Both the position numbers and the translations under genes were made by a program. A stretch of DNA of 64,000 bases, from positions 7,564,001-7,628,000 of the forward strand of contig JBHGNT010000009.1 of the NCBI GenBank assembly GCA_043228905.1. Direction: 5' to 3'. The notes under the pieces were generated by a model. It saw only the letters and a program-made list of their open reading frames with translations, made no database searches and was not told the origin of the DNA. The DNA is from Azolla caroliniana. Taxonomy: Eukaryota > Plantae > Polypodiophyta. Shown here one piece after another: positions 37,431 to 50,494 of the stretch. The first letter of the stretch is position 1. Every line of letters starts with the position of its first letter.

Positions 37431-40400
37431 GATCAACAAGATCCGGCGATTGCGTCAAGGCGATCGTCCAGCCTCTGCCTATGCGGCGGATTTCCGCCAC
37501 TCGCTTCCGACATACCCTGGGATGATCAAGCACTAATGGAGCAGTTTCGCTATGGCCTACGAAATGATGTCAAAGATCTACTTCTAACCTTCCCCGAAGA
37601 ACCAAAGTCTCTTACGGAGGCAATCAGTCGAGCGGTCCGATGTGACAACCGCCTCTTCGAACGGCGTTCGAAACGTCAATTACAGATACCACGCGCTAGG
37701 CCGGAGCCCACTTACGCTGCAGTCGCGGCTAGACCATTTGCACGAGACATTCCTCAAGCAAATACTTCGACATCGATGGAGATCGATACCATGCATCGAC
37801 GCGGCCCGTTATCGGAAGAAGAAAAGCAACGACGACGTGCAAATCGATTATGTCTTTATTGCAGTGGACCAGGGCATATCGCAATCAATTGTCCCCATAG
37901 GCCAAGAAGACAGGTAAATCAAATTGTAGCCTGTACTAAACCCGAGTCAATTCTTCCCTTAGGAGTGTCTAATAGTATTAATAGTACTAATAGAGTGTTT
38001 GATAGTATTCATAGTACTGATAGCCCAAGTATCTCAAATCAATTTGAAATCCTTAGTCAATTAGATGAAGAGTTAAACGATTGAGTCCAGCCAAAATAGG
38101 AGCCGTTTGGTTGGACAGCAGCCCTAGATCTGTACAGCCCATTAGTGGTTCCATTCCTTCCAAGCAAGTTAGCAATGTGTTCCTAGCCCAAGTCATTGTT
38201 AGTACTAAAAGTACTCCCCCAATACCCGTCCTAGCACTTTTAGATTCCAGAGCTAATTCCTGTTTCATGGATCGAAATTTTGCCTAAACTTCTCAGATAT
38301 CCTTAAGAAAACTTCCTTGCCCCGCATCTGTAGTAGTCATTGATGGTCGTCCCATTACTTCCGGGAATATTATAGAAGAATCAGAACCCATTCAAGTTGT
38401 CCTAGGTAGTTTTGTGTGTGTAATATCATTTAATATAATTAGTAGTCCAGAGCATCCCATTGTCCTAGGATTACCTTGGTTTGAATTACATAATCCAGCC
38501 ATAGATTGGAGAACAAGAGAAGTCCAATATCGACCACCCTAAGAATCAACTCACCAAGTTTCGACCATTTCACTCCATCAACTACGCGAAGCAGGACCCA
38601 AGGAGGCAATGTTCCTATTTGCAATATCAGTACATCCTTCCAGCACTATTAAGAAGGACTCCTTAGTACAACTTCCAGCAAAATATCATCCTTATGCCGA
38701 TGTATTTGACAAGGTAAAAGCCGGTACCCTTCCTCATCATCGTCCCTATGACTGTCCCATCGATTTACAACCAGGAACCGAGCCACCATGGGGACCAATT
38801 TACAACTTGTCACCCACCGAGTTAGAAGTCCTTCGAGCCTACATAGAGGAGAACTTGGCAAGCGGGTTCATCCGCCATTCGAAATCTCCGGCCGGTGCAC
38901 CCATCTTCTTTGTCAAGAAGAAAGATGGCTCACTTCGTCTTGTCGTTGATTACCGCGGATTGAATAAAGTCACCATCCGGATTAGGTATGCACTTCCTCT
39001 TATATCAAGTCTTTTAGAGCGAGTTAATGGTGCCAAGTTTTTTACTAAAATCGACCTACGAGGAGCGTATAATCTAGTACGGATCCGACCGGGAGATGAG
39101 TGGAAGACCGCCTTTTGCATGCGGTATGGGCATTTCGAGTATACTGTTATGCCGTTTGGCCTAACCAATGCACCCACAGTCTTCCAACACATGGCAAATG
39201 ATATATTCAGAGACCTCTTGGATATCTGTTTGATCATTTATCTGGATGATCTGTTGATTTATTCGAAGACCTAGGAAGAGCACGATTCTCATGTACTATT
39301 AGTACTAAAGCGACTTCGGGAGAATGGTCTTTATGCCAAGCTAGAAAAATGTAGCTTTGACTGCAAGCAAGTGGAATTTCTAGGCTACGTCATCTCCTCA
39401 AAGGGCATCGCCATGGATCCAGCTAAAATCCAAACTGTACTAGAGTGGCAAATTCCACGGTCGGTACGAGATGTACAATGTTTTCTAGGTTTTGCTAACT
39501 TCTACCGTAAGTTTATACAGGATTACTCGAAGATTATTTTACCTCTCACACAACTTACGAAGAAGGGCCAAGCATTTCTTTGGTCCATAGAAGCAGATTT
39601 GGCTTTTCGGCATCTTAAGAAAGCCTTTACATCAGCACCGATTCTAGCTCATGTGGATACAAGCAAACCATTCATCATGGAGGCCGACGCATCAGATTTC
39701 GCCCTCGGTAGCATCCTTTCTCAATAAGGCGATAAAGAAGAGTTGCATCCGGTGGCTTTCCATTCGCGCAAATTCGATGTCGCAAAAATCAACTACGAAA
39801 TACATGACAAGGAGTTATTAGCCATCGTGGATTCATTTGTACAATGGCGGCATTTCTTAGAGGGCTCTCCACATCAGGTCATTGTCTTTAGCGATCATAA
39901 AAATCTTGCTTATTTTCAGAACGCTCGCGTACTAAATCGACGGCAAGCTCGGTGGGCGCAATTCCTCACGCGTTTCGACTTCAAAATCACATATCGACCG
40001 GGGAAGCAACAAGGAAAAGCAGATGCACTATCACGGCGCTCATATCTTGCACCTCGTCCTGGTGATGCAACATTTGATAATCAAAAGCAAGTAATCTTGG
40101 GACCAACACGATTGCACACGACGCGGATTTTTCACACCCTGATGGATTCACGGATTACCGATGACATACGTGCAACCTTGAAGACGGATAGTTTTGCTCA
40201 AGACATCCTGGCGCACATTGATACTTCTCGGGCATCCTGTTCTTAGTCTCAACAACCAGGTATTGACTACCGACAATTCGAATATCATGATGGTTTGTTA
40301 TTCTTTAAAAAGCGCGTATATGTCCCCGATTGCTCCTGTCGCCTTCAAATCGTCCAACATTGTCACGACACCCATACGGCGGGACATTTCGGTAGTACTA

Positions 40401-42090
40401 AGACGTTGGAGCTAGTGCAGCGATCTTTTTGGTGGCCCCACATGCGCCTTTTTGTCGACGACTACGTTCGGACCTGTGATGCTTGCTGCCGAGCAAAGAT
40501 GCCACGACACCATCCATATGGCTTGTTGGAACCTTTACCGATTCCAAGTAAGCCATGGAAGTCTATTTGTCTTGATTTTATCACAGATCTGCCGGTCTCG
40601 AAGGGGTTCGATGCTATCCTAACCGTCGTCGATCGATATACGAAGATGGCACATTTTGTGCCATGTACTAAAGCCATCACTAGCGAGGAAACCGCCGCTC
40701 TTGTTATGCGTGAGGTATTTCGGCATCATGGCCTCCCAGACAGTATTATCAGTGACCGAGGCCCGCAATTTGTCTCCAAATTTTGGCAGCATCTCTTCAA
40801 GATGCTCAAGGTCTCCTGCAACCTCTCCTCCGGCTACCATCCTCAGACCGACGGACAGGCGGAACGAACAAACCAAACGCTGGAGCAATATCTCCGGTAT
40901 TTCCTGAGTTATCAACAAGACGATTGGGCCGAGATTCTCCACTTTGCGGAGTTTGCGTATAATAATGCTATTCACTCCTCGACTCGGGTCTCCCCATTTT
41001 TCGCGTATACCGGTTTCCATCCTCGCTGGTCGGTGATCGACACTCCGGAGCTACCTACCAACCCTCGTGCCGAGGATCATTTGGAGAGGCTACGCAAGAT
41101 CCAGATGGATCTCTCTACTCACCTTCGTCATGCTCAACACCCACAGAAGACTTATGCGGATCGTCATCGGATTCCCTCCTCTTTTGCCATCGGAGATCGA
41201 GTATGGCTCTTACGTCGTCACATCAAGACTACTCGACCGTGCGACAAGTTGGATTATCGACGACTCGGTCCTTTCCGTATTACGGGGAAGATTAATGATG
41301 TCACCTTCCGCCTTGATCTCCCTCCGCAGATTCAGATACATCCGGTTTTCCATTGTTCTCTTCTTGAGCCTTATAAAGCAAACACCATTCCCGATCGTGT
41401 CACACCACTGCCGCCCCCGCTAGAGTTGGACGTCGGCCCGGAGTATGAAGTTGCTGCCATCCTCAATTCCAAACTTGTTCGCAAAAAACTTTATTACTTG
41501 GTCGATTGGCTCGGTTATAGTCCGAGCGAACGTACTTGGGAACCCATCGAGCATGTTGCCAATGCACAAGATCTTCTTGCTGATTTCCACCGACAATATC
41601 CGGAAAAACCCGGTCCGCAATTAGCGCCAACTCGTTCCACTCGTCGTCTTTAAGGGGGAGATAGTGTCATGATATGGCAAGACTCGAACCCATGACCTTA
41701 TGTTACATGGGTCGAGCTCTTACCATTAGACTATGAATTGTATTTTGTAGGATATTATTTTCATTTATGCTTTATCATAGAAAATTGATGTATATTCCAA
41801 ATCTCTCTGGAACATTCTAGAAGTTTCAGGATTATTCCTAAAAACACTATAAAAGGAGGCACAAGGCATTGTTTTGAACCAAATTGGTTCAACACCAGTC
41901 TTAAGCCTCTTAGTCGATTTGTACTTATCTTTCATATAATATAAGAGTTGTTGTCATCATCCTATTTCTCTCTCTCTCCTCTTCTCACTTCCTCTCTCTC
42001 GGGAATCTTACGCAGTCCCGTCCTCTTAGTACTAATAGTACTACTCTTCTTAGTACTAATTCCATCTCTGCTTTAGTATTATTCCTGACA
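37431..42090 (+). mobile_element. Tcn1-like chromovirus, 3' part (gag C-terminal half, PR, RT, RH, IN, chromodomain, 3' LTR 41665-42090)
   Basis: [42 protein letters not shown], chromodomain YEVAAIL...YLVDWLGY...TWEP; PPT aagggggagatag; flank ccagc. Confidence 0.93.
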
Positions 42091-42095
42091 CCAGC

Positions 42096-42470
42096 TTCCA
42101 TGGGTTCGGGTTTACTTGCCACTTCTTACCTTCCAACATTGCCACTCGCACTGCCAACCACTAGCCATTGTCTGCCAAAGCACTTAAGTTTCCCCACAAA
42201 CGATACTCATTAGATGGGCACCTACCACGGATAATTTGTGCATCGCCCTCACCTACAAACCACCCAAACCAGACCCCCTCTTCTTCATTCAGCCTAGCTA
42301 GACCATCAACAACCTTAGCTATCAAACGGGTCACCTTTTCCATCTTGGCAATAAAACTAGTACTAACCAACCAAACCCTCCCTTCTTTCCCTTTTGAAAA
42401 CCTCCCAGTCTCTTACTGAACTAACATTGTACCCTACCATTTTCCCCCATGGCAAGTATTTATTCTGGCC
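42096..42470 (-). mobile_element. LINE ORF2 fragment, contiguous with 53597 onward before the chromovirus insertion and inversion
   Basis: Joined to 53597 through TSD ccagc; open frame at 42161-42370. Confidence 0.65.
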
Positions 42471-43629
42471 AAGCATCATACCGTCATCGCTTCTAATCCT
42501 GGGTTGTGGGATATATATACATTATCTTGAAAATTTTGCAATCACTAATTTATCTCAGTAAAAATTAATATTCATAGAGTTCAAGGTTGAAACGTGAAAG
42601 TCACACATCAATATCAAATGACTATATCCAATCGACATATCATGTTTTGAGTTGTTATAAGCAAACTCCACTAAATAACAATAGTGTTCTAACCATTTAG
42701 TAGGGTTTTTTGCAACATAGACTTGAAGCACATCTTTAAGGATTTAATTGTCTTGTTCAGTTTGACCATTAAATTGAGGACGATTTGATAACCTCTTGGA
42801 CAAGGTAGTTTCTAACATTGAAAGAGCTAAGTACACAAATTGCTCGTAGAGCTTAGAATCTCTATCATTGACCATATCCAAGGATAAAACACAAAATCAA
42901 AATAGTTCATAAATGAACGAGAAGGTCAAAGTCAATCCACCCAATGTAAAGCTCTTTTAGACAACTTACGTTTTAAACAAAATGAATGTTGACATAATTG
43001 GGGGGATTTAGATGATATGTAGATGAATGATATTATGAAAGGTCCACAATAATGTGGGGTTATCTAAGAAACTTGTTGGTATATAATGTTTAGTGAAGAG
43101 AGGAGAATGTCTATTATTAAGGGCTTGCCATGCCAAAAACAATACTAAATAGAGAAAGGGAAATAATGAAAAGGAATTTTATTATAGAAAAGAAAAACAA
43201 GAGCCACAAGATTATGCTAAGTATTGGTTTTGAACCAAAGATTAATTTAGACTCTTAACACTAACCCAACATGTATTGGTATGGTCGAGAAAGTGTATTA
43301 CGTGCAAAAACAAGCGTGCTCGCAAGTAGTATTGTAGTCTTGCGAGTTACAAGCAAATGTTGTTGGCCAAGCAGGACGACTGAAGGTGTGAAAAGGGACA
43401 AGACATCAGGCACAGGAAAGTGGAACTAGCCAAAAGACCAATAAGGCACCAAACTCATGCTTCTTAGATATAGGAAGCATAGAGGCCTATATAAATATTG
43501 CGTGATCGAGAGAGCAGGGGGGTTGCAAGGATATTATTTTTAGGAAAGAAGTTTACAAAGAGAGAGGAGGACTTTAGAGGGACTAAGTGCTATACCGACA
43601 ATAATACCCGTTGCAGTTCCACCAGGTTT

Positions 43630-43722
43630 TGGAGGATAGCATCAAATTGCTCCGAGAGGACCTGACCGACGAATTCTACTCCCTCGCCTAGACAGACAAC
43701 GTTGTCATGAAGATAATGCTTC
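43630..43722 (+). pseudogene. Remnant of the extra ORF from a third Gypsy family
   Basis: EDSIKLLREDLTDEFYSLA*TD aligns with DTSIQTLREDLTEEYHTLAESD in 47523-48452. Confidence 0.65.
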
Positions 43723-44144
43723 ACGATGTCAAAACAATGTCAAAAATCTATTGAAAGAAATTTCCCATTTGGAGCTTATGACGAGGATCATGTAGGAATT
43801 TTCGATTCGTGAATCGGAGTTCAAAAGCCCAAGATACAACCTTCGGAAGGATTAATGCTACTCAGGATACAAATGTAATTATGTCAAAAGGGGGATTCGA
43901 AATTAAATAAGAGCGATTTTGTAATTTCTCAAATGTACAACAGACACATCCCGAACAAGTGGTTGAGTTCAACATCAAAGCAGATGACTCGTGGCAATCA
44001 CCAAGCATCTTGCACATTTTTTACGAAGAGTAATTCACAGGATTCTAAATTTTTTATGATGAGTTTTGTTTTCTATCCGTATTATTCTTTCAATTTTTTT
44101 CCGTGGGTTCGACGTGCGAGGCATTGTCCCACAGGTGTGCTAGG

Positions 44145-45206
44145 TGTTGACTAGGCAGGATGACTTGTTAGCCGGTCGATTACCTAGAGCCCAAGGGTCG
44201 GTGTTGGAGTCGACAATATTCGGCATCGATAATGCGAACAGAAGTCAGAAGGTTGGAAGGACAAAGATAGAATCAGAATATGAAAAGGATGATAATTAAG
44301 ATAATGTATTTTGGCAAGTATAAAATATAGTAAGTTAATTAGGATAGGTTGTTGTAGTTCTTGCCAAATAAGGCAAGTGTAACCTTGGAAGGGGGACTCT
44401 TGGATCACCTATAAAAAGGGATCGAGAGCACTGTAATTGTATCAGTCTATTTTGAGTAATATAAGTTTGGTTGTTTGAGTACCTGCTGTGTCGACTATAT
44501 TGTGTTGTAAGTTTTTCTATCTGTCTCTGTGTCGAATGTTCGAATATGGTGTTTGCTGCACAAATTATATTGCATCTAGTAGTTGATCATAAGTATATCA
44601 TAGTAACTAATCTAGGTGAAAGACTCCGGTCGACCAATCCATCTCTAGACCAGAATCTTTTGATAGAACGTTTGTAGTTGAACGTTTGACCTATTGTGTC
44701 TGTCGGCTACAGTAGTTACATCTGCTATATGCGGAGAACAAGGAGAATGGATGTCGTTCCGTAGACCGATTACAGATCAACCTGCAGAAAGCAGAAGACC
44801 ACGCACGAGATTAGAGAGCCGACATGCAGAAGGTGATGTTTCCGTTAGTTCGGAGATTGTCGAACAAGTCCAGCAAGAAGCTGAAGGGGAACTGAGAGCA
44901 CTTCTGATTTAACTACCAACAGTAGTTCGGACAAAGGGCAGTCCAACCAAAGGCATGTAATCGCAGTTTGTGGGAGGATACAATGCCATATCCCTATCCT
45001 AAATATAATGATGAAGCCAATGCGGAAGTGCATGTGCACACATTTCTCATGACATGGCAAGCGAACCATGTTTCACAAAGATTGTAAGAAGCAGATGCCG
45101 GCAAATCCAAAATTGCCAAATTTGGATTAGCGCTATTAGGAATAGTGCTGAGACAGAGAAGAAATTAGTACTAAGAGATGAATATTAGTACTAAGAAGGT
45201 GTAGAA

Positions 45207-45242
<36 letters not shown>

Positions 45243-46893
45243 TGATGATGACAACGATATATTATGTGAAAAGTATTTACAAGGATGGCTAGGAGGCTTA
45301 AGATTGGCGTTGAACCGATTTGGTTCGAAATAATGCCTTGTGCCTCCTTTTATAGTGTTCTCAGGAGAACTCCTGAAGTTTCTAGAATCTTCTAGAGAAA
45401 TCTGGAATATACATCAATTTTCTATAGTAAAACCTAAATGAAAATAATATCCTTCGTATTACAACATATAGTCTAATAGTCAAGAGCTTAACCCATGTAA
45501 CATAAGGTCATGGGTTCGAGTCTTGCCATATCATGACACTATCTCTCCTTTAAACCGACGAGTGTCACGAGTCGTTTTGGATTGAAGACCCGGTTTGTCT
45601 GGATATTGACAATGGAAGTCTTCAAGAAGAGCACGAGCATTGGTCACATTCTCCATTGGTTCCCAAGTACGCTCGCTGGGACTATATCCTAACCAAACAA
45701 CTAAATAGTAGAGCTTGTTGCGAACAATCTTGGAATCGAGGATGGCAGCAAACTCATACTCAAGTCCATCTTCAAGTTTGATCGGGGGTGGAGGTTGTTT
45801 AATACGACCAGGGATGGTGCTGTCCTGATAGGGTTCTAGGAGAGAACTATGAAACACCGGATGTATCCGAAGTTGTGGAGGTAGATTGAGATGAAAAACG
45901 ACATTAGTAATTTTTCCGATAATAAGGAAAGGACCTAATCGCCGATAATCCAACTTCTCGCATGGGCGAGTAGTCTTGATGTGTCGTCGTAGTAGCCATA
46001 CCCGATCTCCAATGTTAAAACTGGATGGAAGCCGATGACGATCCACGTAAACCTTGTGTGTTTGTTGAGCTTGTTGTAGATGAGTAGATGAATCCGCTTG
46101 TATCTTGTGTAACCGCTCTAAACGATCCTCTGCACAAGGATTTGTGGGCAACTCTGGGGTTTCAAATACACACCACCGGGGGTGCATGTATAAGCATAAA
46201 ATGGTGTAACCTTTGTTGATGAGTGGATAGAGTTATTATACACAAATTCAGCAAAGTGGAGAATATCCGCCTAGTCATCTTGATGATAGCTTAGAAAAGC
46301 ACTAAAGATATTGCTTTAGCGTTTGATTTGTTCATTCTTCTTGGCCGTCTGTTTGCGGGTGGTAGCCGGAGGAGAGGTTACAAGTGACCTTGAGCATTTT
46401 AAAGAGGTGCTTCCAGAATTTTGAGACGAATTAGGTCCACGATCACAGATGATACTATCGGGAAGGCCATGATGCCGACATACTTCATGCATGACAGTTT
46501 CGGCGGTAAAACCAGGGTATGTGTCGACTATCGAAAGCTCAATGCTACTACAGTGACGAATGCATTTCCGTTACCTTTCACAAATGGCGTCCTTGATGTG
46601 GTGGCAGGTCATGAAATCAATAGTTTTCTCTCAGCGGCTATAATCAGATTTGGATGCATCCCGATGACCAGGAGAAAATAGCTTTCGTCACCGAATGGGA
46701 TGTATTTGTAGCAGTGGTCATGATGTTTGGGCTTAAAACGGCTCTAGCCACATTTCAACGAGTGATCATGGAAACTTTCACTAATTATATACTGGCATTT
46801 ATGCAAGTCTTTTTAGATGATTTTGCGGTATATAGTCGGCGGACGTATTATTTTGAACACCTCTAACTATGCCTAGAAAGGTGTCCACAAGGC
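44145..46893 (+). mobile_element. Old Gypsy family 3: probable LTR (~44145-44636), gag start (~44750-45133) and RT piece (46505-46893)
   Basis: TGTTGAC start, ctataaaaa TATA near 44410, MPYPYPKYNDEANAEVHVHTF gag, RVCVDYRKLN...VFLDD. The LTR 3' boundary is uncertain. Confidence 0.7.
45134..46500 (-). mobile_element. Truncated Tcn1-like chromovirus (integrase C-terminus, chromodomain, 3' LTR 45134-45538)
   Basis: ORF 45531-46187 contains the chromodomain; LTR homologous to 6795-7209. Confidence 0.9.
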
Positions 46894-47398
46894 TGTTAAC
46901 CGTTTCTGGAGGAAACACCTTCGATGAGCCCACATGCTATCGGTATCAAGGGGTCGTGTTACGTGGAGGCTTCTTCTACACCGAGAAGACGTTAGGGGAA
47001 CGGGGAGCGTACACTGGCTACAACCCAGTAGCCGTAGACGTAGCTCGGTGTACGAGTACGGGGAGAATACACAAATGAAGGAACAGTAAGAGCGAGATTT
47101 ATATTAAATGAGAAAGCTCATAGTGATTACAGTACACGGCTCTCGGCTGGAAACAGTTTTGTGTAGAGCTCCGTGCTATGCTATTAATCTTGCTAAATAA
47201 TCTATGTATCTCTCCTTTTCTCGAGGTATGCAGGTCTTGGCTTATATAGTTTTCTTCTTTACACAAAACCAAGCTGTCGGCTGATTGTGAGGGCTCAACA
47301 CTCGACAATTTTAGTTCTACCTATTTCCTCACCTACTTTTCTACCTACCGGCGAGTTTACATATTTTGTATTTATATTTCTAGCCTATGGACAACACT

Positions 47399-47415
47399 TG
47401 GCACGCCCGTGGGAC
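47399..47415 (-). promoter_or_regulatory. tRNA-Arg 3'-end-like 17-mer at the PPT position (family 2)
   Basis: Element strand reads gtcccacgggcgtgcca-ag-[LTR]. Confidence 0.8.
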
Positions 47416-47522
47416 ATGACTTTGTTCGTCGGGCCTACGATTCACAAAGTGGAGGGATAACAACGGAGTTTGCCAAAATTTTACAAAATTGCCCTTTATA
47501 CAAGGGGGTTTAAGGGTTCGTT

Positions 47523-50494
47523 TTAATCTTCTTCTAATATGTCGAGGATATCCTCAGGGGCGTGCGGTAGGTCAAGTTGCTTGGAAGGTGGGGTTGGTGA
47601 TGGGGGTTTTGCTGCAAAGCCCGGGATGGCTGTGTCTTCGCGTGCGTCGCCCTTTGTTGGTTCCGATTCAGGCAAGGTTGTGGTCGTAGTTTGTTGCTCG
47701 GTTGTGATGTGGGTGTCTGTAGGGGTGGGTCCCTCCTGTCTGGCTTCCGTGGTGGTTGTTGTTGTTGGCTCTGGTTCGTGGTCATCGGTCGTGGGAGCTC
47801 CGTTAGTCATGGTAGCTAGGCGTTCCTCCTCGTAAGCTTCGGCTTCTAAACGGAACATCATTTGATTGTCGTTGAATTCCTCCAGAAGTTGCTTGATTGC
47901 CGCGGTGTCAGATTCTGCTAAGGTATGATATTCCTCAGTCAAGTCTTCACGGAGGGTCTGGATGCTGGTGTCATCCATCTTGTAGAACCCTCGGCCCTCC
48001 TTCCTTCGGTTCTCGGCATCCGCGCGTAATATGTGTAGTTCAACGGCTTGGGCTGACCATTCCTGCCATACACGGTCGAGCGTTTCCTCGATCTTCTTGG
48101 TGAGTTGCTGGAGATATTTGTTGATGAGGATCTTTATTTTAGTATCGTCCATGCCGATGCTAGCTCGGTGAACTTCCACTTCCTCCCTTGCGGCCTTGGC
48201 GTCTTCTTGGCATTTGCGGACGAGGAGCTCTAGAGTAGCTTGGTTATCCTTTGCTTTTACGGTTACGAGTGTGATTGTCTGCTCGTAACGTTTCAAGAGC
48301 TGAGCTATAGTTTTGTCCACTTCCTTTCTCCAAGTGTCCCGTTGTCGTTCCCTAGCAGCGATGTCCTCTGTTTGCAACTGGTGATAAGCATCGGAAATTT
48401 GCGCCCTTTGCTCTTCAGAGATCCTCCACTTTTGCATGTGTTCGTTTGCCAATTCCTATAATTCCTTTTGTTGACGGTGTAATTCTTGGTTGTCTGCGAA
48501 TAGCTCGCGTTCCCGTTGTCTATTCCTCTCTGCTTCTTTGATGAATTGTTCTTTGGCCTCGGTGATAGCGACCTAAAGGTTCATCACCTCTCTTTCTTGT
48601 GCTTTGAGTGCGGCCGAGCTTTCATCAAGTAGTCGCTTGAGGTCAGCTTCGCGGCCCGCGGCTTGTTCCCGTAGTTGGCCAATAGTGTTGTTGTGGTTTT
48701 TTTCTGCTAACTTGGCCTGAGCGATCTGGGCCTTGAGCTCGTCTTGGTAGTCACGGAGGGGAGGCCTTGTCTGGGTTGTAGCTTGTTGGTTCCGGGGATT
48801 GGGTGCCCTATCCGTCGGGGTAGATCTTTCCATGACGACAGGTGGTCGTGACATTTGCGTCGAGGCATGACTGGTTTGGGGGTGTAGGCTTTTATCTGCC
48901 AGTGACGATGTCTCGCTTGTTTGTACCAAATCCGTCATTGTGCTTGCATCGACTGTGGCTACCTTGGGGTGAGCTGTGTCGTCGTTGTGTGCTTCGGTAA
49001 CAATAGCACTTAGGCTCGGGTTCGGAAGAGGGGCTGGTGAGACATTGTTACTCGGGGCATGGAGGCTTAAGGGTGGTTGTTCTCGATGTTGCTGCTCCAA
49101 TGACACCAGTTTCTACGTGGTGGCCCGTTTGGCTTGCTACTATGTTATTTTGATACGTCGGGCCATGTCCTTGGTTGCCCGTGTTGTGTGGTGCAGATTT
49201 CGATATGCCTCGACTAAGGCCGTGCTCAGATCTGGTAGCTCCATGAGGAGGGAAGCATTATGTGCTTGCTTCTTCCGACCTATCTTTTGTAAGGCTCGAT
49301 CCTCTTGAGGTTCGAGTTCTCCCATTATTGTGTGTTGGATCATCTTTGTTTCCATGTGCTCCTCGGCCATACAAGCGGCGGCAACTACTTGGGCGTGCGC
49401 GAGGAAATCCATCAACTCATATGTTATCCCCGGGGAGGTCTTTGTAACCGAGGACTTCCTCCTTTTATATCTGCATGGTTTGTCCATGCTCGATCCTACC
49501 TACTTGGAGCCATGACTCTACTGGTACCATGGCCGTGGAGGTCGGGCTTGCCTCCTTTGATTTCTGATGTTGGGTCCCCTCGGTTTCTGTGGTTGACTCG
49601 CGATTGATGCGTCGTCTCGTTTTCGGCTGATCCTGTTAGTCTGGGGCCTGTGGTGTTGGCTCCTTGGCTTGTTTCCTCTTTTGTTGTCGTCTGCCCGAGG
49701 GCTGCTGGTTTGTGGGGCGTGGGCTCGGTTGTGGAGAGGGCATCGATGTCCTTGGTGTCTTCTGTCGTATGGTGACATCCTGAGTGATGGGCTCCTCGGT
49801 CTCGTCCCATTCGACACGGGTCACTGGTAACGCCCGTTGCTTCTGTGTTTTTGGTGGGGGTGGTGCCGAGGTGGGAGTAGGATTCCGAACGGCCGAGGGA
49901 GGTGGAGAGGGCGAGGGGTCTTCCCATTCTTCCTGGGTTAATGCCAAAATCTTCTCCCGTTGTTTCCATGGTGGTGGTGGAGAAGTAAGGATGCGCCGCG
50001 GGGAAAACGAAGGAGGTGGGTAGAGGATTGTGAGGTAATGATTCATCACAGGGAGCAATCACTTACGGGATTGAAAAGACTCCAGTGCTGCACGGACTCC
50101 TTTGCCGGTGATGATTCCCTAATCGACTTTGTCACCTTCATACTCTCTGATGATGATGGCAGCCTTATTCTGTGGCATATTCCATCAAAATTCGAGCGAT
50201 CTCCCCAAAAGACTTGTTTGGTCCTCCGTAAGTGCGGTAAGCTTTTCCCGACATCGAATACATCCCAAAGTATTCCTTGAGGGTCGTGTGAGGAGGAATC
50301 TCGACTTCATGTTCTCCGCCTCACGTAAGGTCAGAGCAACGCGAATCATGTTGTTGGTTACTGTGTCAGGGTGGATCCTGCGTGCTATTGCTTGGGCGTC
50401 AGGGTGCGTTGGGGCGTCGATGACCCGTACATAGCCGCCCAATCCTCGTTGTTGTAGCCAAGAATGGGTTTCCTGCGATGCTGAGAGAGGCATG
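47523..50494 (-). pseudogene. Extra ORF of Gypsy family 2 (frameshifted), homologous to 12817-15606
   Basis: N-terminal WLQQRGLGGYV vs WLKQHGLEGFL; C-terminal ELHILRADAENRRKEG vs ELQLLRADVENRRKEG; both end ILDILEED/ILDILDEE. Confidence 0.8.

Noticed and set aside
36903-38084. 393-aa RNase H-Gag fusion ORF as a novel protein
   Set aside because: It spans the inversion breakpoint, with a frame change between the two parts; 52452-53168 is the equivalent artefact at the other breakpoint.
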